Assembly: GCA_049319825.1 (NCBI GenBank)
Contig: JBMORT010000009.1
Location: 131,349 to 195,348 of the forward strand
Origin: Patescibacteria group bacterium
Lineage (GTDB): Bacteria; Patescibacteriota; Patescibacteriia; UBA11705; DATKZF01
Reading direction: 5' to 3'
Length of the DNA: 64,000 nt
A program made the position numbers and the translations under genes. Shown here one piece after another: positions 40,085 through 49,062 of this stretch (within the stretch, counting starts at the first letter, position 1; each line of letters begins with the position of its first letter). The notes beneath the pieces are model-generated. The model was not told the origin of the DNA, searched no databases, and was given only the letters and a program-made list of their open reading frames with translations.

Positions 40085-40247
40085 AGGAATCAGGGATTTT
40101 GATTGGGGTTCAACCATCTTAACATTGATTCTGGTCATTTTATTGGCGGTGGTGTATGTTTTCGTCGGCTCCCTGCTAAACCGCGGTGATCGAAAAGCGG
40201 CCGAGAAGCGGGCGAAAAGAGATGAAATGTCCGACGCGAAATCATAA
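40071..40247 (+). CDS. Small single-TM hypothetical protein
   Basis: AAGGAAGG upstream, one TM, followed by terminator ACGCGAAAT..ATTTCGCGT-TTTT. Confidence 0.5.
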   Translation: MWALEGIRDFDWGSTILTLILVILLAVVYVFVGSLLNRGDRKAAEKRAKRDEMSDAKS

Positions 40248-40342
40248 TTTCGCGTTTTTTAATTTAAGAAGGCCAGCCTCCGCTGAAGCTTCGGCTGGTA
40301 AACTTGAGAAGGCGTAGAGGGAGAGAAGGCTGTTGTATAAAC

Positions 40343-40397
40343 CGAATCTCGAATCTCGAATTTCCAAACCACTTTCGAATTTCGACAAAACGAATTT
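40343..40397. repeat. CGAAT(C/T)T heptamer tract at the left edge of the AT-rich island
   Basis: CGAATCT CGAATCT CGAATTT ... CGAATTT ... CGAATTT. Confidence 0.65.
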
Positions 40398-40600
40398 CGA
40401 GGCATCACCCGGCTAATCTTTGCGTTTCTGATCGCCGGATCAGTGGTTTTCTTCAAAAATTTCCAGTGACCCAAAGGCAGCCGGAAGCGGACAAGATAAA
40501 ATTCTTGAAAAAAAGCAAAACGCGGAGAAGTATTCGCGTTTTTTGAGTTGATTTTTGGGGGGAGGGGTGGTAGAATGGGAGTAAATAATGTTAATAAAAT

Positions 40601-41524
40601 ATGCCAATCTTCAAAATTCAAGGAAAACAGCTTTTACCTATAAAAGAATCCAAAATAGATTTAGAAAAAGATTTACAAAAAATAACAGAGGAAAATTTAG
40701 AGGCTGTTTTCGGTCTAAAATTTGTCAGTTCTGAATTCCAGCTAAATAATCTTCGAATTGACACTTTAGCTTTTGATGAAGAAACAAACTCTTTTATAAT
40801 CATTGAATTCAAGAGAGATAGGAGTTTCAGCGTAATTGATCAGGGTTACGCCTACCTGGCCTTAATGTTAAATAACAAAGCGGATTTTATATTGGAGTAT
40901 AATGAAAATTTAAAAGCTAATTTAAAGCGCGAGAATATTGATTGGTCTCAATCCCGCGTTTTGTTTTTGGCCAATTCATTTACCACGTATCAACAAAATG
41001 CAATAAACTTCAAGGATCTACCTATTGAGCTGTGGGAGGTGAAGAGATACGATAATGAAACGATTTTATATAATCAGTTTAGGGCGGCGGATACAAAGGA
41101 GTCAATAAAAACGGTTTCCAAGAGTAAGACTATTGTAGGAGTGAGTAAGGAGGTAAAAGCCAAAACTGTCTATGATCATTTCAATGATAATTGGGTTGAA
41201 ATGAAAGAACTGTTTGAAAAAATTAGAGAAAAAATTTTGGATTTGGATAATAGAATAATAGAAAATCCAAATCCAAATAATTATATTGGATATAAAATTG
41301 GAAATGCCAATATCTGCACAATCCATCCATACAAATCCAAATTGGGCTTCTCATTAGGAAGAGTTGATAAAGAAGATGTTAAAGATCCAGAAAACTGGGT
41401 AAAAAAGGTCCCTTGGAAAAAGTTTAAATGGCCGAAGTTATGCGTTTTTGATATTAATAGCGAAGAAGATATTGATTATGCTATGTTTTTAATTAAGCAG
41501 GTTTATGATAAATTTTATAAATAA
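40601..41524 (+). CDS. PD-(D/E)XK (NucS-like) nuclease plus DUF5655-like domain protein
   Basis: EKDLQ, RIDTLAFD, IIIEFKR, QGYAY; C-terminal YIGYK..LIKQVY. Confidence 0.75.
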   Translation: MPIFKIQGKQLLPIKESKIDLEKDLQKITEENLEAVFGLKFVSSEFQLNNLRIDTLAFDEETNSFIIIEFKRDRSFSVIDQGYAYLALMLNNKADFILEYNENLKANLKRENIDWSQSRVLFLANSFTTYQQNAINFKDLPIELWEVKRYDNETILYNQFRAADTKESIKTVSKSKTIVGVSKEVKAKTVYDHFNDNWVEMKELFEKIREKILDLDNRIIENPNPNNYIGYKIGNANICTIHPYKSKLGFSLGRVDKEDVKDPENWVKKVPWKKFKWPKLCVFDINSEEDIDYAMFLIKQVYDKFYK

Positions 41525-41527
41525 TAT

Positions 41528-43492
41528 ATGAATGAAAATTTTTATACCAAACTAGAAAAACTTCTAAAAAAAGACAATCGCTTTATTGATCAAGATGGAG
41601 ATTTATTAAAAAGCGAAGTGATTGATAAAGCGTATAAAGTTGATGAAAAATTAATTGAGTTTTTGATTTCTGATAAAGATGTTAAAAACAAATTTTTCAG
41701 TAAAATCAAAGATGTTCATGTCTTCAATATCAATGATTTTGTGTCTTATATTCAGGACAAGCATTTCTTAAATGATTCTTACACCAAATACAAAAACAAA
41801 ATCGGTTTAACAATAGATGGCAAGTTTCTAAAAGAGCGCGATGAAGTGGCTCTTGTTTGGCCTTTCAAGGATTGCGTGCTTGAAGGTGGCATGACTAAAG
41901 AAGATCAGAAGCGAAAAGAAATATTTTTCAATGAAATTTTAGCGCAGGATGAAATCGATAAATTGTTGGCGCCAAAGGTTTTAACTAACTGGAAAAGATA
42001 TACGCAGGATGGGGAGAAGGAGGTTAAGGAGTTGAAGAGGGATAAGGATGGCACAATTAATGAGAATTTAATTATCAAAGGCAATAATCTTTTGGCTTTG
42101 CATTCATTAAAACAGGAGTTTCAGGGAAAAGTGAAATTGATCTATATTGATCCGCCGTATAATACAGGAGGAGGTGATGAAACGTTTACTTATAACAATA
42201 ACTTTAAGCATTCAACATGGTTAACATTTATGAAAAATAGATTGGAAATTGCAAGAAACTTTTTAACCGAAAATGGTTTTATTTCAATTGCAATTGACCA
42301 TTATGAGATGTTTTACCTAGGTGCTTTATGTGATGAAATATATGGAAGAGAAAATAGACTTGGTGTGATTTCGGTTGTTCATAATGCCGCTGGTAGAAGT
42401 GATGATAAATTTTTTGCAACTTCCAATGAGTATATGTTTGTGTATGCTAAAAATTGGCAAAAATGCGTGTTAAAGAATTTTGAAATAGGGGAAAAACAAT
42501 TAAAAACTTTTAAATATAATGATGATATTTCTAAATATAGATTAATTCCATTAATTAAAAGTGGTGTCGCCTCAACAAGAAATGCACGTCCCAAACAGTT
42601 TTATCCTATTTATATTAACAAAAAGTTGGATAAGGTGTATCTATCAAAAAATAAAAATTATGTTGAGGTATTACCAATAGATAAAAATGGAATTGAAAGA
42701 GTATGGAGAAACAGCCCAGCTCGATTAAGTGAGAAAATAAAGAATAATGAAATTGTTATTAAGAAGGATGCAAATGATAAGATAGTAATTTATTATAAAC
42801 ATCGAATTACAGATTATAAAGGTGTAAAGCCGAAAACGCATTGGGAAGATCCCAAGTATAATGCCTCTACATATGGAACGAAATTACTGGCTAATTTAAT
42901 CGGTGAAGGAAATGTAAGTTTTCCAAAATCGATTTATACCGTAATAGATCTACTTAAAATAACAACAGATAAACAGGATTTGATTCTAGATTTTTTTTCT
43001 GGGAGTGCTACAACAGCCCATGCAGTTTTAGAATTAAATAAAATAGATAATGGAAATAGAAAATATATTTTAATCGAACAATTAGAGCGTCATTTAGATA
43101 CAGGTATAAAAAGAATTGTTGAAGTAATGAAAAAGTTTAACAAAGAAAAAACTTTATTCAATAAAAAATCGTTGGATTTTATTTACTGCGAATTAATGAA
43201 ATACAATGAGGCATTCATAGATAATATTCAAACAGCCAAAGACGCCAACGAATTATTAAAAATCTGGGGAGAAATGAAAGAAAAAAGTTTTTTGAATTAC
43301 AATGTGGATTTGAAAAGGTTTGATGAGACTATTGATGAATTTAAAAAATGTTCATTGAATAAGCAGAAAGAAGTTTTATTGGAAATACTAAATAAAAATC
43401 AACTTTATGTGAATTTGAGTGAGATGGGGGATGGGGAGTTTAAAGTTACGCAGGGGGATAGGGGGATGAATGAGGAGTTTTATAGAAAATAG
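41528..43492 (+). CDS. mod: Type III restriction-modification methyltransferase (Mod)
   Basis: IKGNNL, IYIDPPYNTG, FPK, LDFFSGSATT (beta-class order). Confidence 0.9.
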   Translation: MNENFYTKLEKLLKKDNRFIDQDGDLLKSEVIDKAYKVDEKLIEFLISDKDVKNKFFSKIKDVHVFNINDFVSYIQDKHFLNDSYTKYKNKIGLTIDGKFLKERDEVALVWPFKDCVLEGGMTKEDQKRKEIFFNEILAQDEIDKLLAPKVLTNWKRYTQDGEKEVKELKRDKDGTINENLIIKGNNLLALHSLKQEFQGKVKLIYIDPPYNTGGGDETFTYNNNFKHSTWLTFMKNRLEIARNFLTENGFISIAIDHYEMFYLGALCDEIYGRENRLGVISVVHNAAGRSDDKFFATSNEYMFVYAKNWQKCVLKNFEIGEKQLKTFKYNDDISKYRLIPLIKSGVASTRNARPKQFYPIYINKKLDKVYLSKNKNYVEVLPIDKNGIERVWRNSPARLSEKIKNNEIVIKKDANDKIVIYYKHRITDYKGVKPKTHWEDPKYNASTYGTKLLANLIGEGNVSFPKSIYTVIDLLKITTDKQDLILDFFSGSATTAHAVLELNKIDNGNRKYILIEQLERHLDTGIKRIVEVMKKFNKEKTLFNKKSLDFIYCELMKYNEAFIDNIQTAKDANELLKIWGEMKEKSFLNYNVDLKRFDETIDEFKKCSLNKQKEVLLEILNKNQLYVNLSEMGDGEFKVTQGDRGMNEEFYRK

Positions 43493-43499
43493 AAATTAT

Positions 43500-44326
43500 A
43501 TGCAATTTGCAAGAAAAACAATAAATTTTCTTACAAATATTATTACAGGAAAAGATGGTGACGATCCTCGCTTTCCGCGATACAAAAAAGGTCACGAACT
43601 TGTTAGATTCTTTAATGACTTTGGGTTTAATGATATATATGGAAAAAGCTTTTCTTCAAGATGGCAATACACTGAACAAAGACTACTGGAATTGAATAAT
43701 AATAATCAAATTGAAAAAGCAGTTGAACATTTCTTAAATCCAATAAATTTCGTGAATGATAATGAATTACTAAATTTATGGATTCAAGAATTGAATGAGT
43801 ATTTAGTTTATGATAATTATCAAATAAAAATAGAAAATAAAAAAATAAAAATTTTTTCAACTGGTGATACAAAAATACATATTGATAGTACACCACAAAT
43901 CGATAATGATTTTGTAAAGGAAAATATTGAAAAGTGTGACGATAAAATTGGCAGAAATGATTTTTCTGGTGCTATTACAAACGCCAGGGCCCTTTTAGAA
44001 GATGTCATGATTTATTTATACAACGAAATAACTAATACAGAATTTAAATATAATGGTGATTTGCCAGCTTTATACAAAAAATTGAGTAAAAATTAAATTT
44101 ACATCCTGAAAATATTGCGAATAATGATTTAAAAAGTGTTTTATCTGGATTGTTTTCTATTATTAATGGGATTTCAGGTTTTTCTAATACGGTTAGCGAT
44201 AGGCATGGTAAAACATCTAAATTACATAAACCGGATAAGCATCATGCGGTTTTGGCAGTAAATACAGCAAAGACCATGTCTGAGTTTTTAATCAATTCAT
44301 ACGAAAAACAATATCAGCGAAATTGA
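43500..44326 (+). pseudogene. Abortive infection (Abi_C/HEPN-type) protein split by a frameshift at A5 44088-44092
   Basis: The ORF stops at 44096. The -1 frame continues LNLHPENIANNDLKSVLSGLFSIINGISGFSNTVSDRHG..HHAVLAVNTAKTMSEFL to TGA at 44324-44326. Confidence 0.8.
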
Positions 44327-45227
44327 TATACAAAATATTATAAATGAAAATCCATGGATAATAGACATTTTTTTTGCTTTTATTGCTGCAATAATTGCAC
44401 TTGTATTAGAAGGGAATTTCCATTATTTAGGTGAAATTTTTGGACGATTATTGTCATACTGGCGCAATTTGCGAGATAAATATTTAACTTTTACATTTAC
44501 ATATAAGATTGGTATTTTTAATCAAATTGAATGGATTGAAGATAAGGAAGTTAATAGGTCATGGACAGATATAGCACCAAGCCAATGGAAAAAAATATTC
44601 GCTGAGGGGAATTTGAATAGGGGTAGAATTAAATTTAAAAATAGGATGAAATTGCTCTTTATAAATTCATATAGTGTTATTTTAAATCCCTATGGAGGAG
44701 TATATCCAGAAAATAATCTTGGAAAAAACGAAACGTTAAATAAGATATTTAGGTATGTTAAAAATGGAGGCATTTTTGTTAATGTTGCCGATGTGCCAGG
44801 ATATTATGCATATAACAATAAATCAAAAAGAAAAATTGAAACAGGCTTGGCTCTCTATGATCCATTTCGTCTAGATGAAATAATTTCTTTTAATTCAGTA
44901 CCATTTATCAAGGAATTATGTCTAAAGATAATTGGAACATATATAGAGGTAGAACATAATGGAAAATTAAAATTGATTCCATTTAAAGATGAGGATTTTG
45001 AAATTGAAATAGAAAGAGCTGTTAAATCCTCAAATAACACTGACGCAATATATAAATGGATTGATTTCAATGGAGAAAAAATCACTGCGTTTTTTATAGC
45101 CCAATATGGCAAAGGTTATTTTATCATTTCGTTATTAAAGTTAAATACGGAGAAAAACAAGGAAATATCACAAAAAATTATCGAAAACATTAAAATATAT
45201 TTAAAAATTATTAATAGAAAAACATAA
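44322..45227 (+). CDS. Hypothetical protein with N-terminal TM and a GATase-I/ThuA-like region; probable ATT start
   Basis: In-frame extension upstream of 44451 reads (I/M)DIQNIINENPWIIDIFFAFIAAIIALVLEG. ILNPYGGVYPE..YVKNGGIFVNVADVPGYY. Confidence 0.6.
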   Translation: MDIQNIINENPWIIDIFFAFIAAIIALVLEGNFHYLGEIFGRLLSYWRNLRDKYLTFTFTYKIGIFNQIEWIEDKEVNRSWTDIAPSQWKKIFAEGNLNRGRIKFKNRMKLLFINSYSVILNPYGGVYPENNLGKNETLNKIFRYVKNGGIFVNVADVPGYYAYNNKSKRKIETGLALYDPFRLDEIISFNSVPFIKELCLKIIGTYIEVEHNGKLKLIPFKDEDFEIEIERAVKSSNNTDAIYKWIDFNGEKITAFFIAQYGKGYFIISLLKLNTEKNKEISQKIIENIKIYLKIINRKT

Positions 45228-45228
45228 A

Positions 45229-47784
45229 ATGTCAGATAAATTTTTATACGAAGATTATGATGCTATTGTTAGGCATGGATTTCTTAATACAAAAATCCCT
45301 GATTTTATTGTTGAAAATTTAAATCCAGATTTTAAGTTGAGGGATTATCAAATTGAAGCATTTGCCAGATTTTTAAATTATCAAAGTTACGAAACTCCCG
45401 AAAGAACGAACACTCATCTCCTCTTCAACATGGCCACCGGCTCTGGCAAAACATTAATCATGGCCGGATTGATTTTGTATTTATATGAGCAGGGATATCG
45501 GAATTTTTTATTTTTTGTAAATTCTACCAATATCATTGAGAAGACCAAAGATAATTTTTTAAATAACCTTTCAAATAAATATTTATTCAATCAAAAAATA
45601 TTTTTCAGAAATAAGCAGGTTAAAATTAATAAAGTTGATAATTTTGACGGTGTCAGCGACAAGGATATTAATATATGCTTTACCACCATGCAAAAACTCC
45701 ACGGTGATCTGCATAATGAAAAGGAAAATTCTATTACCATTGAAGATTTTAAAGATCATAAGATTGTTTTAATTTCAGACGAAGCTCATCATGGCCAAGT
45801 CCAAACTAAAAATATACAAAAAGAAATATTTGAAAAACCGAATTGGGAAAATACAGTAATAAAAATATTTACTCAAAGTCCGGAAAATATTCTATTAGAA
45901 TTCACTGCAACCGTAGATTACCAAGATAAGAATATTGTTGAAAAATATCGAGATAAAATTATTTTCAGATATGAATTAAAGGAATTCAGAGATGCGGGAT
46001 ATTCAAAGGATGTTGAACTATTGCATACGGATACGGATAGGCCGGATCGAATTTTACAAGCAATTATTTTAAGTCAATATCGTCAAGAAGTATCCAGTAA
46101 GCATGGGATATATCTAAAACCAGTCATTTTATTCAAAGCCCAAAATACCATCGCTCAATCTGAAGAAAATAAAAAGCTTTTTCATGAAATTATTGATAAT
46201 TTATCCGTTAAAGACATTGATAAAATTAGAAAACAAACTGATGTTGAGGTCTTACAAAAAGCTTTTCAGTTTTTTAAGAATAATAAAATCACCGATTCAA
46301 TTTTAGTTAAAAAATTAAGAGACGGATTCGCAGAAAACAAATGCTTAAGTGTTAATGAAGAAAGAGAAAAAGAAGAATATCAGCTGTTGCTTAATTCTCT
46401 TGAAGATAAAAATAATCAGATCAGAGCTATTTTTGCTGTCCAAAAATTAAATGAGGGCTGGGATGTGCTTAATTTATTCGATATTGTTCGGCTATATGAA
46501 ACCCGCGACGGCAAAGCAAATAAACCAGGTAAAACCACTATCTCAGAGGCTCAGCTGATTGGCAGAGGCGCTCGTTACTGGCCATTTGCTTTGAATGATG
46601 AACAAGATAAATATAAAAGGAAATATGATGAAGATTTAAAAAATGAATTAAGAATTCTGGAAGAATTGCATTATCATACTCATCATGAGGTAAGATATAT
46701 AAGTGAAATAAGAACAGCATTGAAAGAAAAAGGTCTTATTGATGAAAATGAAATTGAGGTTGAATTAAAATTAAAAGAAATTTTCAAAAATTCAGATTTT
46801 TATAAAAAAGGAATTGTTTATGATAATGAAAGAAGGAAAAGAAGCTATGAAAAAGTGAAAAAGATTGAAGATCTAGGTGTAACTAAGAAAAATATTACTT
46901 ATAATGTCTTAACCGGAGCTGGCAAAGAAGTAAAAGTCTTTGACGATGAAAAAAAAGAGATAAAAGATTTAAAAAAATCTTCAAAAGATATTAGTTTAAC
47001 TGAAATTCAACCTCATGTTATAAAAAATGCTTTGGCTAGAAATGAATTTTTTACTTTCGAGTCTTTGAATCACTATTTTCCTGAATTAAAGTCTATCAAT
47101 GAATTTATTGATAAGGAAATGAGCAAGTTAAACATTACTTTTCGAGGAAAAGACTTAGACAATTTAAGTAATACTAATAAATTTCATGCCGTTTTAGCAT
47201 TGTTGGAACAGATTGAAAAGGAGATTAAAGAAAATTTGACTGAATATGTGGGGACAAAATTTGAACCGAAGCAAATTAATACTGTTTTTTCCGATAAAAA
47301 AATTAAGATTAAAAAAGATTCTGAAAAATTAGATGGCCAAAAAGATTTAGTCGCTGATAAGGATTGGTATGCTTTTGATGCGAATTATGGGACTAGTGAA
47401 GAAAAGGATTTAGTTGTTTTTATGAATAATCATCTTACTGAGTTAAAGAAACATTTTAAGGAAGCTTATTTGATTAGAAATGAAAGGCAATTGAAATTAT
47501 TTAATTTTAATGACGGGCAAACATTTGAACCTGACTTTTTGCTATTTTTACTTGATAAAAATGAAAAAGGTATAACATATCAATTATTTATAGAACCAAA
47601 AGGCGAACATTTAAAAGAGCATGATCAATGGAAAGAAGATTTTTTAAAGGAAATTACAGAAAAGTATAAAGGAAAAGTTTTGACTTTTACAAAAACCAAG
47701 AAATATAAAATAATTGGCCTGCCATTTTATAATAGTGCGAATGAAAACGAATTTAAGGAACATTTATTTACTTCTATTCAATAA
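45229..47784 (+). CDS. res: Type III restriction enzyme Res subunit
   Basis: MATGSGKT, ISDEAHH, EFTAT, EGWDV, QLIGRGAR, C-terminal PDF..FIEPKG. Confidence 0.9.
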   Translation: MSDKFLYEDYDAIVRHGFLNTKIPDFIVENLNPDFKLRDYQIEAFARFLNYQSYETPERTNTHLLFNMATGSGKTLIMAGLILYLYEQGYRNFLFFVNSTNIIEKTKDNFLNNLSNKYLFNQKIFFRNKQVKINKVDNFDGVSDKDINICFTTMQKLHGDLHNEKENSITIEDFKDHKIVLISDEAHHGQVQTKNIQKEIFEKPNWENTVIKIFTQSPENILLEFTATVDYQDKNIVEKYRDKIIFRYELKEFRDAGYSKDVELLHTDTDRPDRILQAIILSQYRQEVSSKHGIYLKPVILFKAQNTIAQSEENKKLFHEIIDNLSVKDIDKIRKQTDVEVLQKAFQFFKNNKITDSILVKKLRDGFAENKCLSVNEEREKEEYQLLLNSLEDKNNQIRAIFAVQKLNEGWDVLNLFDIVRLYETRDGKANKPGKTTISEAQLIGRGARYWPFALNDEQDKYKRKYDEDLKNELRILEELHYHTHHEVRYISEIRTALKEKGLIDENEIEVELKLKEIFKNSDFYKKGIVYDNERRKRSYEKVKKIEDLGVTKKNITYNVLTGAGKEVKVFDDEKKEIKDLKKSSKDISLTEIQPHVIKNALARNEFFTFESLNHYFPELKSINEFIDKEMSKLNITFRGKDLDNLSNTNKFHAVLALLEQIEKEIKENLTEYVGTKFEPKQINTVFSDKKIKIKKDSEKLDGQKDLVADKDWYAFDANYGTSEEKDLVVFMNNHLTELKKHFKEAYLIRNERQLKLFNFNDGQTFEPDFLLFLLDKNEKGITYQLFIEPKGEHLKEHDQWKEDFLKEITEKYKGKVLTFTKTKKYKIIGLPFYNSANENEFKEHLFTSIQ

Positions 47785-47790
47785 AAAACT

Positions 47791-47850
47791 ATGCCCCCCT
47801 TCACCCCCAAAAGCAATAAACCCTATAAACTCTCCCGCACCGAGCATTAA
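47791..47850 (+). pseudogene. 5' remnant of a homologue of the downstream Cas4-like nuclease gene
   Basis: MPPFTPKSNKPYKLSRTEH* vs MPRNLFDPKNKKPFKLSRTKL at 48275. Confidence 0.75.
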
Positions 47851-47921
47851 TCATGGAAAAGGGAGCATGAAACATGGAGCATGAATTACTAGGACCGTAG
47901 GACAGTATGGCTGTAGGATTA
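47842..47921. repeat. NNNCATG heptamer tract followed by a TAGGA-like octamer tract
   Basis: GAGCATT AATCATG GAAAAGG GAGCATG AAACATG GAGCATG; TAGGACCG TAGGACAG TATGGCTG TAGGATTA. Confidence 0.65.
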
Positions 47922-48150
47922 AATTGATTTAAAAAGCGTGAATGAGAGCCCGTTTTCGGGGTAAATTCACGGGTTATTGACAAAAATGCGTGATTAAGCG
48001 CATTTTAATTTGAATTTAATAATTTTATTAAAATTTCAAACTAAAAAAACAGACATATATTTACATAATTTAGCGTAAAAAGCGATGTTTTAAATTTCTT
48101 GTAAGGTGTAATTGACAAGAAACTAAAGGCCATTTAAATTTTAATTTAAT

Positions 48151-48214
48151 AAAAAAAGCACCTGTCTGCGGTTTATGAATTGACCGCTAGGGAGCCGAAG
48201 CCCCCACAAGTGCT
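48151..48214 (-). ncRNA. Candidate 64-nt three-way-junction small RNA or leader
   Basis: AGCACUUGU/ACAGGUGCU, GGGGGC-UUCG-GCUCCC, GCGGU/ACCGC, then U7. Promoter TTGACA(48249-48244)-17-TATATT puts the start at 48214. Confidence 0.6.
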
Positions 48215-48274
48215 GATTATAATATATCAAATATTGGTGAAAATGTCAATTGTTACATGTTAATAAATAATTCT

Positions 48275-49003
48275 ATGCCTCGCAATCTTTTTGACCCCAA
48301 AAATAAAAAGCCATTTAAATTAAGCCGCACCAAGCTCGAGGACTTTGTCCGATGCCCCCGCTGTTTTTATTTGGACCGCAGGCTGGGCATATCAAAGCCG
48401 AGCATGCCGCAATTCAATTTGAACATTGCCGTTGACCATCTGCTGAAAAAAGAATTCGACATTCACCGCGTAAAGGGCATCGCGCATCCGCTCATGAAGG
48501 CGTATAAAATCAAAGCCGTGCCGCTGGCTGATGACCGCCTGGACGAATGGAGAAATAATTTCCGCGGCATTCAATATTTTCACAAACCAACCAATCTCAT
48601 CATCTTCGGCGCCATCGACGACATCTGGCTTAATTCCAAAGGCGAGCTGATGATCGTTGATTATAAATCAACCAGCACTGAAAACGAAGTGACGCTCGAA
48701 GGCGAATGGAAGGCCGGCTACAAGCGGCAGGTGGAGATTTACCAGTGGCTTTTCAGAAAAAACGGCTTCAAAGTCTCTGACACCGGATATTTCGTCTATG
48801 CCAATGGCCGAAAAGACCGAAAGGCGTTCGACGCCAGGCTGGAATTCGATGTCACTGTCCTGCCGTATAAAGGCAATGACCAATGGGTGAGTAAGGCCAT
48901 CAGAGACGCGCATAAAGTCCTAATGTCCAACAAAATCCCCGCAGCCGGCAAAGGGTGCGAGTATTGCCTGTATCGGAGGAAGGCGAAAAGGGCGGAAAAA
49001 TAA
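48275..49003 (+). CDS. Solo Cas4/AddB-like PD-(D/E)XK nuclease with Fe-S cysteines
   Basis: CPRC at the N-terminus, GAIDD..IVDYKS, QVEIY, C-terminal CEYC. Confidence 0.85.
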   Translation: MPRNLFDPKNKKPFKLSRTKLEDFVRCPRCFYLDRRLGISKPSMPQFNLNIAVDHLLKKEFDIHRVKGIAHPLMKAYKIKAVPLADDRLDEWRNNFRGIQYFHKPTNLIIFGAIDDIWLNSKGELMIVDYKSTSTENEVTLEGEWKAGYKRQVEIYQWLFRKNGFKVSDTGYFVYANGRKDRKAFDARLEFDVTVLPYKGNDQWVSKAIRDAHKVLMSNKIPAAGKGCEYCLYRRKAKRAEK

Positions 49004-49062
49004 AAAAGCCCGATATTCGCGCGATCAATGCTCTGCTCGAGGCGGCGAGATCCGGGCCTTTT

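Noticed and set aside
40259-40621. ORFs 40259-40621 (-) and 40304-40546 (+)
   Set aside because: They cross repeats and terminators at the island edge; likely debris rather than intact genes.
48275-49003. Cas4-like gene as evidence of CRISPR-Cas
   Set aside because: No cas1/cas2 or array in the window; solo Cas4-like nucleases are common.
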